The notes: generated from the letters alone by a model not told the origin. A stretch of DNA of 64,000 nucleotides from Nitrososphaeria archaeon (GCA_029775965.1 JARVJU010000010.1:1581-65580), one strand, 5' to 3'; numbered from the stretch's first letter, positions 41,498 through 50,183 are shown. A program made the numbers and translations.

Positions 41498-42484
41498 GTG
41501 AAAGTATTGTTCTGTCCTAAATGTGGTGTCCAACTACCAGATGATGCGAAGTTCTGCTATAAATGTGGGTCTCAGGTAGTTACCCAACAACAGCCTGAGA
41601 AGAGGAATGTGATAGCACCTAACGGTGTCACGTCAATAAAATGCCCTAGCTGCGGAGCTCCCTTATCTCCCAAGTTCGGTGAGATGCTTGTTACATGTGA
41701 ATACTGTGGCAGCAGTGTATCGCTGGGTTCGGATGGATGGGCTAGCGTAGAGAAGCAGACTATGCTGCCAATAAAATTTACGGATAGAGAACAGGTTGTG
41801 CAATTGCTGCATGGCCTTATGGATAGAGGTCTACTTCATAGGCACCTACAGGAGAGCTCAGTGTTAGAGGAGCTGAACCTCTCCATAGTGCCATACTGGG
41901 TTGTTTCTGTTTCTGCAAGAACTTCTGTTGTAGCTTCAGATATGGGAGCTGAAGTGGGGACAATAGCAACAACGGCAGCTCTGATGGGTGTTATGGGCGG
42001 GGCCATAGGAGGGGGGAGAAGGGGTTTTGGAGGCGGGCTGTTTGAAGGCGCGTTGGTGGGAAGCGTAATAGGAAGTGGCAGCAGAGGATACCAGAAGGCA
42101 TACCAGCTTGACCAGAACTATAACTACCCTGTGGTTGCGCTTAAAGCTCTTACAGAGTATCAGCCAAGAGATTATCAGTTCAATATGGATGATAGAACCA
42201 TTTTTGATATAGCAAAAGTACCTAAAGGAGTCAAAATTCTCAATGGCGATATAAGCGAGGACGCTGCAAAGTATCAGGCCAAAACATACGTAGATCAGTT
42301 ACAGTCACAGAAGGCACACCAGCAATACCACATGATCCAACAGATTCATACAGAAATGGATGTGGCTGATGCAGAGCTCTTGCATGTACCAGTTTGGTTT
42401 GCAAGGTACGACCATAAGGGTAAGAAGATAGTACTTGTTTTGGACGGTAATTCTGGCAATACCATAAACAGCATCGGACTATAA
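41498..42484 (+). CDS. Zinc-ribbon protein with Gly-rich hydrophobic hairpin, third gene of the module
   Basis: GTG start immediately after the TAG of the previous gene and in the same frame. FCPKCGVQLPDDAKFCYKCG and KCPSCG...CEYCG ribbons. TTAALMGVMGGAIGGG hydrophobic/Gly stretch. C-terminal VPVWFARYDHKGKKIVLVLDGNSG. Confidence 0.65.
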   Translation: MKVLFCPKCGVQLPDDAKFCYKCGSQVVTQQQPEKRNVIAPNGVTSIKCPSCGAPLSPKFGEMLVTCEYCGSSVSLGSDGWASVEKQTMLPIKFTDREQVVQLLHGLMDRGLLHRHLQESSVLEELNLSIVPYWVVSVSARTSVVASDMGAEVGTIATTAALMGVMGGAIGGGRRGFGGGLFEGALVGSVIGSGSRGYQKAYQLDQNYNYPVVALKALTEYQPRDYQFNMDDRTIFDIAKVPKGVKILNGDISEDAAKYQAKTYVDQLQSQKAHQQYHMIQQIHTEMDVADAELLHVPVWFARYDHKGKKIVLVLDGNSGNTINSIGL

Positions 42485-42583
42485 AATGTGTGCTGATTTA
42501 GCAATAAGCAAAGCGTGTGCATAAACCTCCATAATATTATTAACAAAATAGAGTTTATATGCACATTTTAGCTATGTTGCATC

Positions 42584-42847
42584 ATGCCAGACTATATTGT
42601 GATATCGGAACTGGTCGTGGCAAGGGAACAATCAATTCCTCACAGGGCAGAACACCTTGAATATCTTGAGAGTCTAAAAAGAAATGGCAGCCTGAAGGTT
42701 GCAGGAAGGTATAAGGATGGAACTGGAGGCCTTTACGTGATAAACGCAGAGAATATCGAGAAGGCTGAAGAGATTGCAAGAAACGACCCATATCACAAGT
42801 TAAGACTAAGAAAGTACACAGTTAGAGAATGGGAAAGAGTTTTTTAG
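42584..42847 (+). CDS. YciI-family protein
   Basis: 87 aa. HRAEHLEYL...G.L..AGRY...GGLYVINAENIEKAEEIARNDPY pattern. Confidence 0.72.
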   Translation: MPDYIVISELVVAREQSIPHRAEHLEYLESLKRNGSLKVAGRYKDGTGGLYVINAENIEKAEEIARNDPYHKLRLRKYTVREWERVF

Positions 42848-43071
42848 CACAGTCTATCCTAAAAGCAAGTATTCAAGCCTCATGATCTGATATTCTGCAA
42901 TCTAATTAAAGAAAATAATCAGATGTAGCATAGAGAAATAGCAGTCAAGTGCTCTGAGTCCTGAAATACCTGCAAAAATCCATGTAAGAAAGAATAGCAG
43001 ACAAAGAGCATCTGTAAGCCAGAACCTCACACAGAATGCTAAGAAATGTCTGTCATCTAAGATATGCAGAA

Positions 43072-43635
43072 TTACAGTTCGACTGCCATTATAAGCTCAT
43101 CATAATATCTGCCGTTCCTGTAAACTCCCTTGGGCACAGACCCTATTTCCCTGAAACCCATTTTGGTGTAAAGATGTATAGCTCTTTTGTTGACCTTAAG
43201 CACCTCGAGTTCAATTACTGTCATACCCAGCTTTTTGCACTGTTTGATAGTTTCATTGATAAGCTCCGCTCCTAAGCCAAGGTCCCTCCATTCTTTTGCT
43301 ACAGAGAGACCAAATAGTCCCCTGTGTTCTATATCACTTAACGAACCATGTGTTACGTCAGCATGCCCCATTATCATTCCATTATACTCCGCAACGATAT
43401 CGACTACGTTCCCATTCTCTATATCGACGAGTCGCTTTGCAACCCATTCCACTTCCTGCTCCCTCGTCAGTTGCCTATTGTGAATAAGCCCGAAATCAGG
43501 ATCTGCATTTCTTTCTTCTACAAGTTCGTTTATAAATCGAAGAATGTTATCTATGTCATCCCATTTGAGTGACCTCAGTAGAACTTTCTTACCGTTCTTT
43601 AAAGTTGCTTCCCTGTATACCTGTCCTGCTTTCAA
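43072..43635 (-). CDS. GNAT-family N-acetyltransferase
   Basis: WRDLGLGAELI (Q/RxxGxG/A acetyl-CoA loop), NKRAIHLYTKMGF. Confidence 0.8.
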   Translation of the reverse strand: MKAGQVYREATLKNGKKVLLRSLKWDDIDNILRFINELVEERNADPDFGLIHNRQLTREQEVEWVAKRLVDIENGNVVDIVAEYNGMIMGHADVTHGSLSDIEHRGLFGLSVAKEWRDLGLGAELINETIKQCKKLGMTVIELEVLKVNKRAIHLYTKMGFREIGSVPKGVYRNGRYYDELIMAVEL

Positions 43636-43801
43636 TTGCCTAAGGCTTTGTAGCCTTTTATTTAACTCTTCAAAAGTAATAACTGTTTATTAAAGCGGGT
43701 ATCAAGAGAGCATATGAGATAAGCCTGCGTGATAAGGGAGAGCCTTTGAAAAATAAGGGTGGTTCGTCTGATAACACTTATGAACAAAGAACATTCTGCT
43801 C

Positions 43802-45415
43802 TTGCCTATGCCAACAGAGGCAAAGTCCATCATAGGCCACGGAACTTGGATGGACAAGGTGGCTTACGATGTTATAAACAGAGAGAAGAAGCTAGGCAGG
43901 TCTTTACAGCTTGTTAAGGTGGAAAGTGGACTTGGGGCAAGCGGCATACCGCATATAGGCAATTTGTCAGACTGTGTTAGAGCTTTTGGCATAAAGATGG
44001 CTTTGGAAGAACAGGGAGTCAGAAGTGAACATATTGCTTATACTGATGATATGGATGGTTTGAGAAAAGTTCCTGCAGGTTTGCAGTCTAGCGTAGATCT
44101 AGAAAGATACATAGCACATCCTGTTTCAAGAATCCCTGACCCTTTTGGTTGTCATTCAAGTTATGGCGAACATATGAGCTATCTCCTGATAGATGCGATG
44201 GATAAGATAGGAATAGAATATAAGCACGAAAGTGCTGCTGTAAATTACAAGAGGAACAGATTCATTGAGGAGATACGCACTATACTTTCAAGGAGCGAAG
44301 AAATAGGTGCAAAGATAAAAGAAATTACAGGCCAAGAAAAGTACGAGGAAGCATTACCATACTTTCCGATATGCTCTAACTGCGGAAGGATATATACCAC
44401 AAAGGCAACCTCCTATAATCCGAAGACAGATTCTTTGCAGTATGTATGTGAGGGGGCGGAGCTAAGAGGCAGATGGCTCGAAGGATGCAAATACCAAGGA
44501 GATGCAAAACTCGTTGAAGGAGAAGGAAAACTGAGCTGGAAGGTTGAATTTGCTGCTCGATGGAGAGCATTAGATATCAGGTATGAGGCTCATGGTAAGG
44601 AGCTTACTGACTCGGTAAAGATAAACGACTGGGTCTCTGATAACATACTAGGTTATCCCCATCCATATCATATAAAGTATGAGCTTCTTCTTGATAAAAG
44701 TGGGAAGAAGATATCAAAATCTGAAGGCGGTTTGGTAACACCTCAGACATGGTTCAAGTATGGTACAAAAGAGAGCCTGATTTTACTTATGTTCAAAAGG
44801 ATTGTTGGAACAAGGAGGATATCGATCGAGGAGATACCAAAGTATGTTGATGAATTTGATTGGATTGAGGATGTGTATTTCGGTAAGATAAAAGTGGATT
44901 CTGAGAGCAAACTGATCAGGATGAGGGGTCTTTACGAATATGTTAAGTACATGAAGCCACCCAAGCAGCCTGATCAGCATGTGCCCTACCGCTTGCTTGT
45001 GGAACTTGCTTCTGTAGCTCCACCTGAAAGGTATAAAGATTACATAATAAACAGACTTAAAAGCTACAGAATGATAAAGGAGAGTGACCCTTCAATTCTG
45101 AGCAAGATAGAATTGGCTCGCAATTGGGCCAAAGACGTAAGAGAGGAAACACCAGCCATATCGATAGACAGCAATCAAAAAGATGCTCTTAAAGAACTTA
45201 TAAACAGAATAAGACCAGCAGAGAACCCCGATTATATCCAGAATCAGATATTCGAAGTTTCGAAGCTTCATGGTATACCTCCGTCAGAGTTTTTCAAGTT
45301 ACTGTATTCAATCTTGATCGGCTCTGATAAGGGTCCAAGACTTGGTCCATACATCTTTGACCTAGGTGTAGAGAGAGCTATTGAAGCTATAGAAAGAACT
45401 CTGCAAAAAACATAA
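43802..45415 (+). CDS. lysK: Lysine--tRNA ligase, class I
   Basis: GASGIPHIGN (HIGH-type) and KISKS (KMSKS-type), with the archaeal class I LysRS length and layout. Confidence 0.93.
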   Translation: MPMPTEAKSIIGHGTWMDKVAYDVINREKKLGRSLQLVKVESGLGASGIPHIGNLSDCVRAFGIKMALEEQGVRSEHIAYTDDMDGLRKVPAGLQSSVDLERYIAHPVSRIPDPFGCHSSYGEHMSYLLIDAMDKIGIEYKHESAAVNYKRNRFIEEIRTILSRSEEIGAKIKEITGQEKYEEALPYFPICSNCGRIYTTKATSYNPKTDSLQYVCEGAELRGRWLEGCKYQGDAKLVEGEGKLSWKVEFAARWRALDIRYEAHGKELTDSVKINDWVSDNILGYPHPYHIKYELLLDKSGKKISKSEGGLVTPQTWFKYGTKESLILLMFKRIVGTRRISIEEIPKYVDEFDWIEDVYFGKIKVDSESKLIRMRGLYEYVKYMKPPKQPDQHVPYRLLVELASVAPPERYKDYIINRLKSYRMIKESDPSILSKIELARNWAKDVREETPAISIDSNQKDALKELINRIRPAENPDYIQNQIFEVSKLHGIPPSEFFKLLYSILIGSDKGPRLGPYIFDLGVERAIEAIERTLQKT

Positions 45416-45448
45416 TGTATTTTATGCTGCAATCAATAACCTTTCTGT

Positions 45449-46612
45449 GTGATATTCAAAGATAGAGATAAGTTACTTCCCACCTACATTCCGAAAGAGC
45501 TACCCCACAGAGAAGAGCAGGTTGATCAACTCGTCAAATTCTACTCGAGTTCTTTTGAAGGGCCTGAGCAAGCATCACTCAAATTCTACCAGATAGTAGG
45601 TCCTGTTGGCTCGGGCAAAACAGTAACGGTGCTAACATTTGGTAGAAAGATTGAAGAGCTATCAAAGCAGAATGGATATGATGTTAGGCACGTTTATGTC
45701 AACCCAAGACAGCATGGTACAAGTAAGCTGATGCTCTTCAGGTATATAGTGCAGAAGGTGGATACTTCTATATTCTCATTGAGTCTTTCTGCAGAAGAGC
45801 TTATGCTTGAACTGCTAAAATATCTTAATAGGTCTGGAAAATATATCATTCTGATTTTTGATGAGGTTGACTTCTATCTTTCGCTGGGAAAAGAGCATCT
45901 AGTTTACAACCTGACAAGGCTTAATGAAGTCTTGCCTGAGCAGCGTTGCAATGTCTTAGGCGTTGTGTTTACAGCTAGAAATGATTCTTATCTCAGAAGG
46001 CTTGATGAGGCTGAGTTGAGTAGCCTGGGCAGGTATTATGTCGAATTTTCACCCTACTCCGCATCACAGATATACAATATACTCGAGAAGAGAAGCTATG
46101 AGGCGTTCTTACCAAATGCAATAGAAGAGAAGGTTCTTAGGTATGTGGCTGACATAGCAACATCACCTCCAGCTGCTGGGGATGTCCGATTTGCACTTTC
46201 AATACTTTATAATGCTGGTATTCTTGCTGAAAATAGGGGAAGAACAAAACTTAGTCTGGATGATATACGTGAAGTGCTGAGCGTACTGAACCCATCAGTC
46301 ACAGAGGAGGATATAATGTATTTGCCTGAAGAAGAGAAGTTTGTGCTCTTATCCCTTGCTAATGCCTTAAAGCATTCATCAAATGCGTATATCACATTCG
46401 ACGAGCTTGTTTCCCAGTGTGAAGTTGATAGAAGATTGAGCAATGCAAAGCCCTTTGGGCTCAGAGATATAGTCAAGTATGCACAGAATCTAAAAAATAG
46501 AGGCATAATAGATATAAGAAGTCTTACAGAGATAGGAATATCGAACGTGCCTGCGGAGGGGCTTCAAAGATTTTTGGACTTTCTAATAAAAAGACTGGGT
46601 GATGACAGATGA
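45449..46612 (+). CDS. cdc6: Orc1/Cdc6 replication initiator
   Basis: PHREEQV, Walker A GPVGSGKT, Walker B LIFDEVD, sensor GDVRFAL, C-terminal winged helix. GTG start 33 bp after lysK. Confidence 0.92.
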   Translation: MIFKDRDKLLPTYIPKELPHREEQVDQLVKFYSSSFEGPEQASLKFYQIVGPVGSGKTVTVLTFGRKIEELSKQNGYDVRHVYVNPRQHGTSKLMLFRYIVQKVDTSIFSLSLSAEELMLELLKYLNRSGKYIILIFDEVDFYLSLGKEHLVYNLTRLNEVLPEQRCNVLGVVFTARNDSYLRRLDEAELSSLGRYYVEFSPYSASQIYNILEKRSYEAFLPNAIEEKVLRYVADIATSPPAAGDVRFALSILYNAGILAENRGRTKLSLDDIREVLSVLNPSVTEEDIMYLPEEEKFVLLSLANALKHSSNAYITFDELVSQCEVDRRLSNAKPFGLRDIVKYAQNLKNRGIIDIRSLTEIGISNVPAEGLQRFLDFLIKRLGDDR

Positions 46613-46887
46613 TCAGCATGAAGCAGTTGGAGGATGCTCTCTGTAGTAAAGGGAGGTTGAGGGTGCTAAGAGAATTATCAAGAGGAGAGCCTCTATCAAT
46701 GTACATGCTTGAAAGAAAGACAGGAATAAGGTCTAGGTATTTGAAGGCGGATGTGCAATATTTGATAAAGATAGGGTGGATACTTAGGGTAGGAGACAGA
46801 ATTGTGAAATTTCAGCTTAATTATGAGAACGAGCTTGTCAACAAGACATTACAATTTTTAGCAAGCATTGGGTACATGCAGAATTAG
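46609..46887 (+). CDS. Small winged-helix protein overlapping the cdc6 stop (ATGA)
   Basis: 92 aa. GRLRVLRELSRGEPLSMYMLERKTGIRSRYLKADVQYLIKIGWI wHTH pattern. Confidence 0.6.
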   Translation: MISMKQLEDALCSKGRLRVLRELSRGEPLSMYMLERKTGIRSRYLKADVQYLIKIGWILRVGDRIVKFQLNYENELVNKTLQFLASIGYMQN

Positions 46888-47561
46888 ATCTTATCTGTCT
46901 TGCTTGGTATGTATCTAGCTATCCAGTACTTGGTAGGCACATATCCATGTCTTCTTAGAACAGCAACAGTAGATAGACCTGTACTAGGGATTATTGTTAT
47001 AAGCAGCTGAAGAAAGTTGTAAATTACTGTAAATAGAATTATAATGAATAAGCCTGATTCGCCTACAAAGTTTATGCCAAGAAATGTCCCCAGCGATGCG
47101 TTTGCGTAAGTGAGAAAGAATGGGAAGAGAATTAGTAAAACGACAATGTTGGCTATCGTCATGATCGGAATGGTAAATAAAGAAGATAGACCCAGAGATA
47201 TTAGAGTAAATCGTTTTAGTTTTGGTTCGCTAGCTAATCTACTGTACACTCTTCCTGCTACGTAGATAGCTAATACAATACTTCCAGTAGCGAGAAGCCT
47301 TAAAATTGGTCCTACAGGTCGAAAGCTTCCTACTAATTCCAGTATGCCAAAATATTCTACGACAGAGATTGTACCTGCTAATGGACCGTATAGCAGTGTT
47401 GCTATAACGACAGGTATCTGGCCGAAATCGAAGGTAAGGTAAGGTAAAGGTGGAAATGGGATAGCTATATTAGCTAGAGTCAGAATAGACGACATAGCAC
47501 CAAATATAGCACCTCCTGCAACAAGTTCTGTCCTTCTTGTATGGAGTGCCATGTTGAACAT
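46884..47561 (-). CDS. ECF-transporter S-component-like membrane protein (candidate riboflavin/vitamin transporter)
   Basis: 6 TM. IPFPPLPYLTFDFGQIPVVIATLLYGPLAG resembles S-component helix 1-2. Divergent from the riboflavin kinase-regulator gene. Confidence 0.55.
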   Translation of the reverse strand: MFNMALHTRRTELVAGGAIFGAMSSILTLANIAIPFPPLPYLTFDFGQIPVVIATLLYGPLAGTISVVEYFGILELVGSFRPVGPILRLLATGSIVLAIYVAGRVYSRLASEPKLKRFTLISLGLSSLFTIPIMTIANIVVLLILFPFFLTYANASLGTFLGINFVGESGLFIIILFTVIYNFLQLLITIIPSTGLSTVAVLRRHGYVPTKYWIARYIPSKTDKI

Positions 47562-47572
47562 TTCTCATGGAT

Positions 47573-47584
47573 ACTTTATAAAGT
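47573..47584. promoter_or_regulatory. Perfect 12-bp palindrome ACTTTATAAAGT in the 67-bp divergent intergenic region (candidate operator and/or TATA element)
   Basis: Exact self-complementarity read directly. Lies 12 bp from the S-component start and 45 bp from the rbkR ATG. Confidence 0.25.
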
Positions 47585-47628
47585 TTTATTGTAAATACTA
47601 AAATAATAGTTAATGCAAGACGCCTGAG

Positions 47629-48315
47629 ATGCCAAACGCAAAGAAGGACCTAAGATCTGCCTATCTTCTCTCTCTAGTTGAGCTGCTACTCGTTGGAGCC
47701 AAGAGCAGGCCAGTCGAGATAACCACAGAAGAGCTTGCAAAAAGGCTAGGTAAGTCTCAGCAATCGGCCTCAAAACATCTGCTTGAACTTGAGAAGGAGG
47801 GTTTTATTCTTAGACAGAAAGTTGGAAGAAGCTTCGCCGTAAAGCTTACGGACAAAGCAGTCAACGCTCTGGCTTCATTTTACCTTACACTAAGAAGCGC
47901 CATAGAAGAAGCACCTGACATATATGAATTCCATGGTACAGTCTTCACAGGCATCGGTGAAGGTGCATACTACATGAGCCTTAAAGGTTATAGAGATCAG
48001 TTCAGGAGCAAGCTGGGCTTTGAACCCTATCCGGGAACGCTTAACCTCAAACTTTCTTCTCCTGTTGAAAGACAACAATTTCAGGAACTAATACAGAGGC
48101 CAGGGATAAGAATAGAAGGATTCTCAGATGGCACCAGAACATACGGAGGATTAACATTCTACAACTCATTGATAGAAGATGAGAGGGGTGCGGTTCTTGC
48201 AATAGACAGAACACACTATGACACATCTGTAATGGAGGTTATAGCACCTATAAAGCTCAGAGAGGTCCTAAAGCTTGTCGATGGTTCACAGGTAAATATA
48301 AAGGTCTTCCTGTAG
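47629..48315 (+). CDS. ribK: wHTH-fused CTP-dependent riboflavin kinase (RbkR-type bifunctional regulator/kinase)
   Basis: N-terminal wHTH (ITTEELAKRLGKSQQSASKHLLELEKEGFI). C-terminal archaeal RibK blocks (GEGAYYM, LGFEPYPGTLNL, YDTSVMEVIAP). Confidence 0.85.
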   Translation: MPNAKKDLRSAYLLSLVELLLVGAKSRPVEITTEELAKRLGKSQQSASKHLLELEKEGFILRQKVGRSFAVKLTDKAVNALASFYLTLRSAIEEAPDIYEFHGTVFTGIGEGAYYMSLKGYRDQFRSKLGFEPYPGTLNLKLSSPVERQQFQELIQRPGIRIEGFSDGTRTYGGLTFYNSLIEDERGAVLAIDRTHYDTSVMEVIAPIKLREVLKLVDGSQVNIKVFL

Positions 48316-48316
48316 G

Positions 48317-48343
48317 GGGTTCTGTTAACTTAAGGTTGGTATA
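48317..48343. repeat. Left terminal inverted repeat GGGTTCTGTTAACTTAAGGTTGGTATA
   Basis: 25 of 27 nt match the reverse complement of 48779-48805. It starts 1 nt after the ribK TAG stop. Confidence 0.8.
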
Positions 48344-48778
48344 AAACTTATACGTAGTAGCTTCTTATCTTAGATAATGCTTGCAGTCAAAGCAGTTAAA
48401 CAAAATATCAAAGGAATTTGTAAACTCTATCAAAAGGGTAATGGACAAGGAAGAGATTACAGAAGCAAGATGAAATCTTGCTATTATGAGTTGCAAAGAC
48501 AGATTGAGTACAAAGTTTGAAGGAATAAAAGTTAAGTGTGTGGATGCCAGAGGTACGGGTATATTGCCAGATATGTGGGTCGAATGTATATTTATACCCG
48601 AATGGGCAAAGGTAACTCTGCTGCATCAAATGCAATACTGCAAAAGATAGAGATGAGGTTGCTGCTCTGAATATAGTAAAAGGAGGGCTGAGGTTCAGCC
48701 TTGCTGCACTGCAGTTGAAGCGATGAGGGGGAACAAGAATGACTCTAATCCTCAGAGTCGATCGCAAGAAGTTAACTC

Positions 48779-48805
48779 TATACCAAACTGAAGTTAACAG
48801 AACCC
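48779..48805. repeat. Right terminal inverted repeat (reverse complement GGGTTCTGTTAACTTCAGTTTGGTATA)
   Basis: See the left repeat. Also contains the direct duplication GAAGTTAAC...GAAGTTAAC (48768-48798). Confidence 0.8.
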
Positions 48806-48891
48806 TATAGAGTGCTCACGATCTCTGTCTTCGCATATTGCTCACCTACACTTTTTACCAAGCAGATTTTTATATCGGTAAACACAAAACT

Positions 48892-49551
48892 ATGAAGATG
48901 TTAGAAGAAAAAATTCACGTTATAGATCATCCTCTAGCTCAATCAATTCTCACTTCTCTTAGAGATAAGAATACAGATCAAATCACGTTCAGAAAGGGAG
49001 TTGTAAAGGTAGGAAGGTTGATGGGGTACGAAATAATAAGGAGCATGACTCATGAGGAGGTAATAGTAGAAACACCACTAGGTGTGAAGGCTAGAGGGAT
49101 TAGAATTCCTGACTTGGATAGTATAGTCATAGTTAATATTCTAAGAGCAGCTATGCCTTTGGTGGAAGGTCTTCTGAAGGCTTTTCCTCTTGCAAGACAG
49201 GGTGTTATGGCGGTTCAAAGGATTGAAGAAAAGGAGGGTATAGAGAATATTAAAGCTGTAAAATACTTTGCAAAGATGCCTGTTATAGCACAGGACAATA
49301 CAGTCATAATTGCTGACCCCATGCTTGCAACAGGTTCAACCATTATAGAGGCTATAAAGGAGGTAAGAAAGGCTGGGAGTCCAAAAAGGCTTCTAGTTAC
49401 TTCAATAATCTCTTGCGAGTATGGGATAAAAAGGGTACTTGAATACGATAGAAAGATAGAGCTCTTTACTCTTGCTGTAGACAAGGAATTGAATAGCAAG
49501 GGATACATAGTTCCTGGCCTAGGTGACGCAGGCGACAGATCGTTCGGTTAG
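48892..49551 (+). CDS. upp: Uracil phosphoribosyltransferase
   Basis: VIDHPLAQSILTSLRDKNT, DPMLATGST (PRPP loop), YIVPGLGDAGDR. ATG 48892 is preferred over the upstream TTG 48838. Confidence 0.9.
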   Translation: MKMLEEKIHVIDHPLAQSILTSLRDKNTDQITFRKGVVKVGRLMGYEIIRSMTHEEVIVETPLGVKARGIRIPDLDSIVIVNILRAAMPLVEGLLKAFPLARQGVMAVQRIEEKEGIENIKAVKYFAKMPVIAQDNTVIIADPMLATGSTIIEAIKEVRKAGSPKRLLVTSIISCEYGIKRVLEYDRKIELFTLAVDKELNSKGYIVPGLGDAGDRSFG

Positions 49552-49610
49552 TATGATATCTATTAAGTATTCGATATAGATTTATATATACATCCTTACC
49601 AGCGCAGCTC

Positions 49611-50183
49611 ATGCAAAGGCAACCAGAGCACGAACCAACTCCTTTCATCCTTAAGCCACAGGGAGCACCTAGAGGCCTTCTTGTCCATTATATACTCTAC
49701 AGGATATCACAAAAGCCAGCTAATGGATATGAAATACTGCAGGATATAGATAATAAGACAAATGGCTCATGGAGACCGGGACCTGGCTCTGTATACCCTA
49801 TGTTGAAGAAGCTTGCTGAAGAAGGGCTTATATCGTCTGACGTGTCAGGCAAGGCAGACCACAAGATATTCTACATTACAGATAAAGGAAGAGAGTACCT
49901 TGAACAAGCTAAAAAGATATTTTTTGGAGCAGCGTCAAAATGGACCGACCTAAGAGGTTTACTTATAGAACTGATAGATACTGACAATGTTTCTAGATTC
50001 TTTGTAGATGGTGCAAGATCCCATTTTAGACTTTCACAAGAGCTCTTTGAATCGAAGATGAATAAATTACCAAAACACGAGGCAGAATATATTCTAAAGG
50101 AATATCAGCTCGAACTCGAAAAGCAACTTATCTGGTCAAAGCAGATGTTGAAGAGAGTTTTAAGAGGTGATAAGAATGAGTGA
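49611..50183 (+). CDS. PadR-family transcriptional regulator
   Basis: ISQKPANGYEILQDI...GSWRPGPGSVYPMLKKLAEEGLI. Confidence 0.8.
   Translation: MQRQPEHEPTPFILKPQGAPRGLLVHYILYRISQKPANGYEILQDIDNKTNGSWRPGPGSVYPMLKKLAEEGLISSDVSGKADHKIFYITDKGREYLEQAKKIFFGAASKWTDLRGLLIELIDTDNVSRFFVDGARSHFRLSQELFESKMNKLPKHEAEYILKEYQLELEKQLIWSKQMLKRVLRGDKNE

Larger units (their letters stand above)
48316..48806 (+). mobile_element. tnpB: MITE-like deletion derivative of a tnpB-carrying IS (IS200/IS605-IS1341 group) bounded by inverted repeats
   Basis: The internal frames give SCYYELQRQIEYK, EGIKVKCVDARGT, YCQICGS...NGQR*LCCIKCNTAKDRDEVAALNIVKGG and AVEAMRGN (TnpB RuvC-II, zinc finger, RuvC-III), with stops and frameshifts. 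Only about the C-terminal third is present. Confidence 0.65.

Noticed and set aside
45416-45448. Replication origin next to orc1/cdc6.
   Set aside because: Only 33 bp separate lysK and cdc6, and the downstream spacers are under 70 bp. I found no ORB or mini-ORB-like repeats or AT-rich unwinding region by eye.
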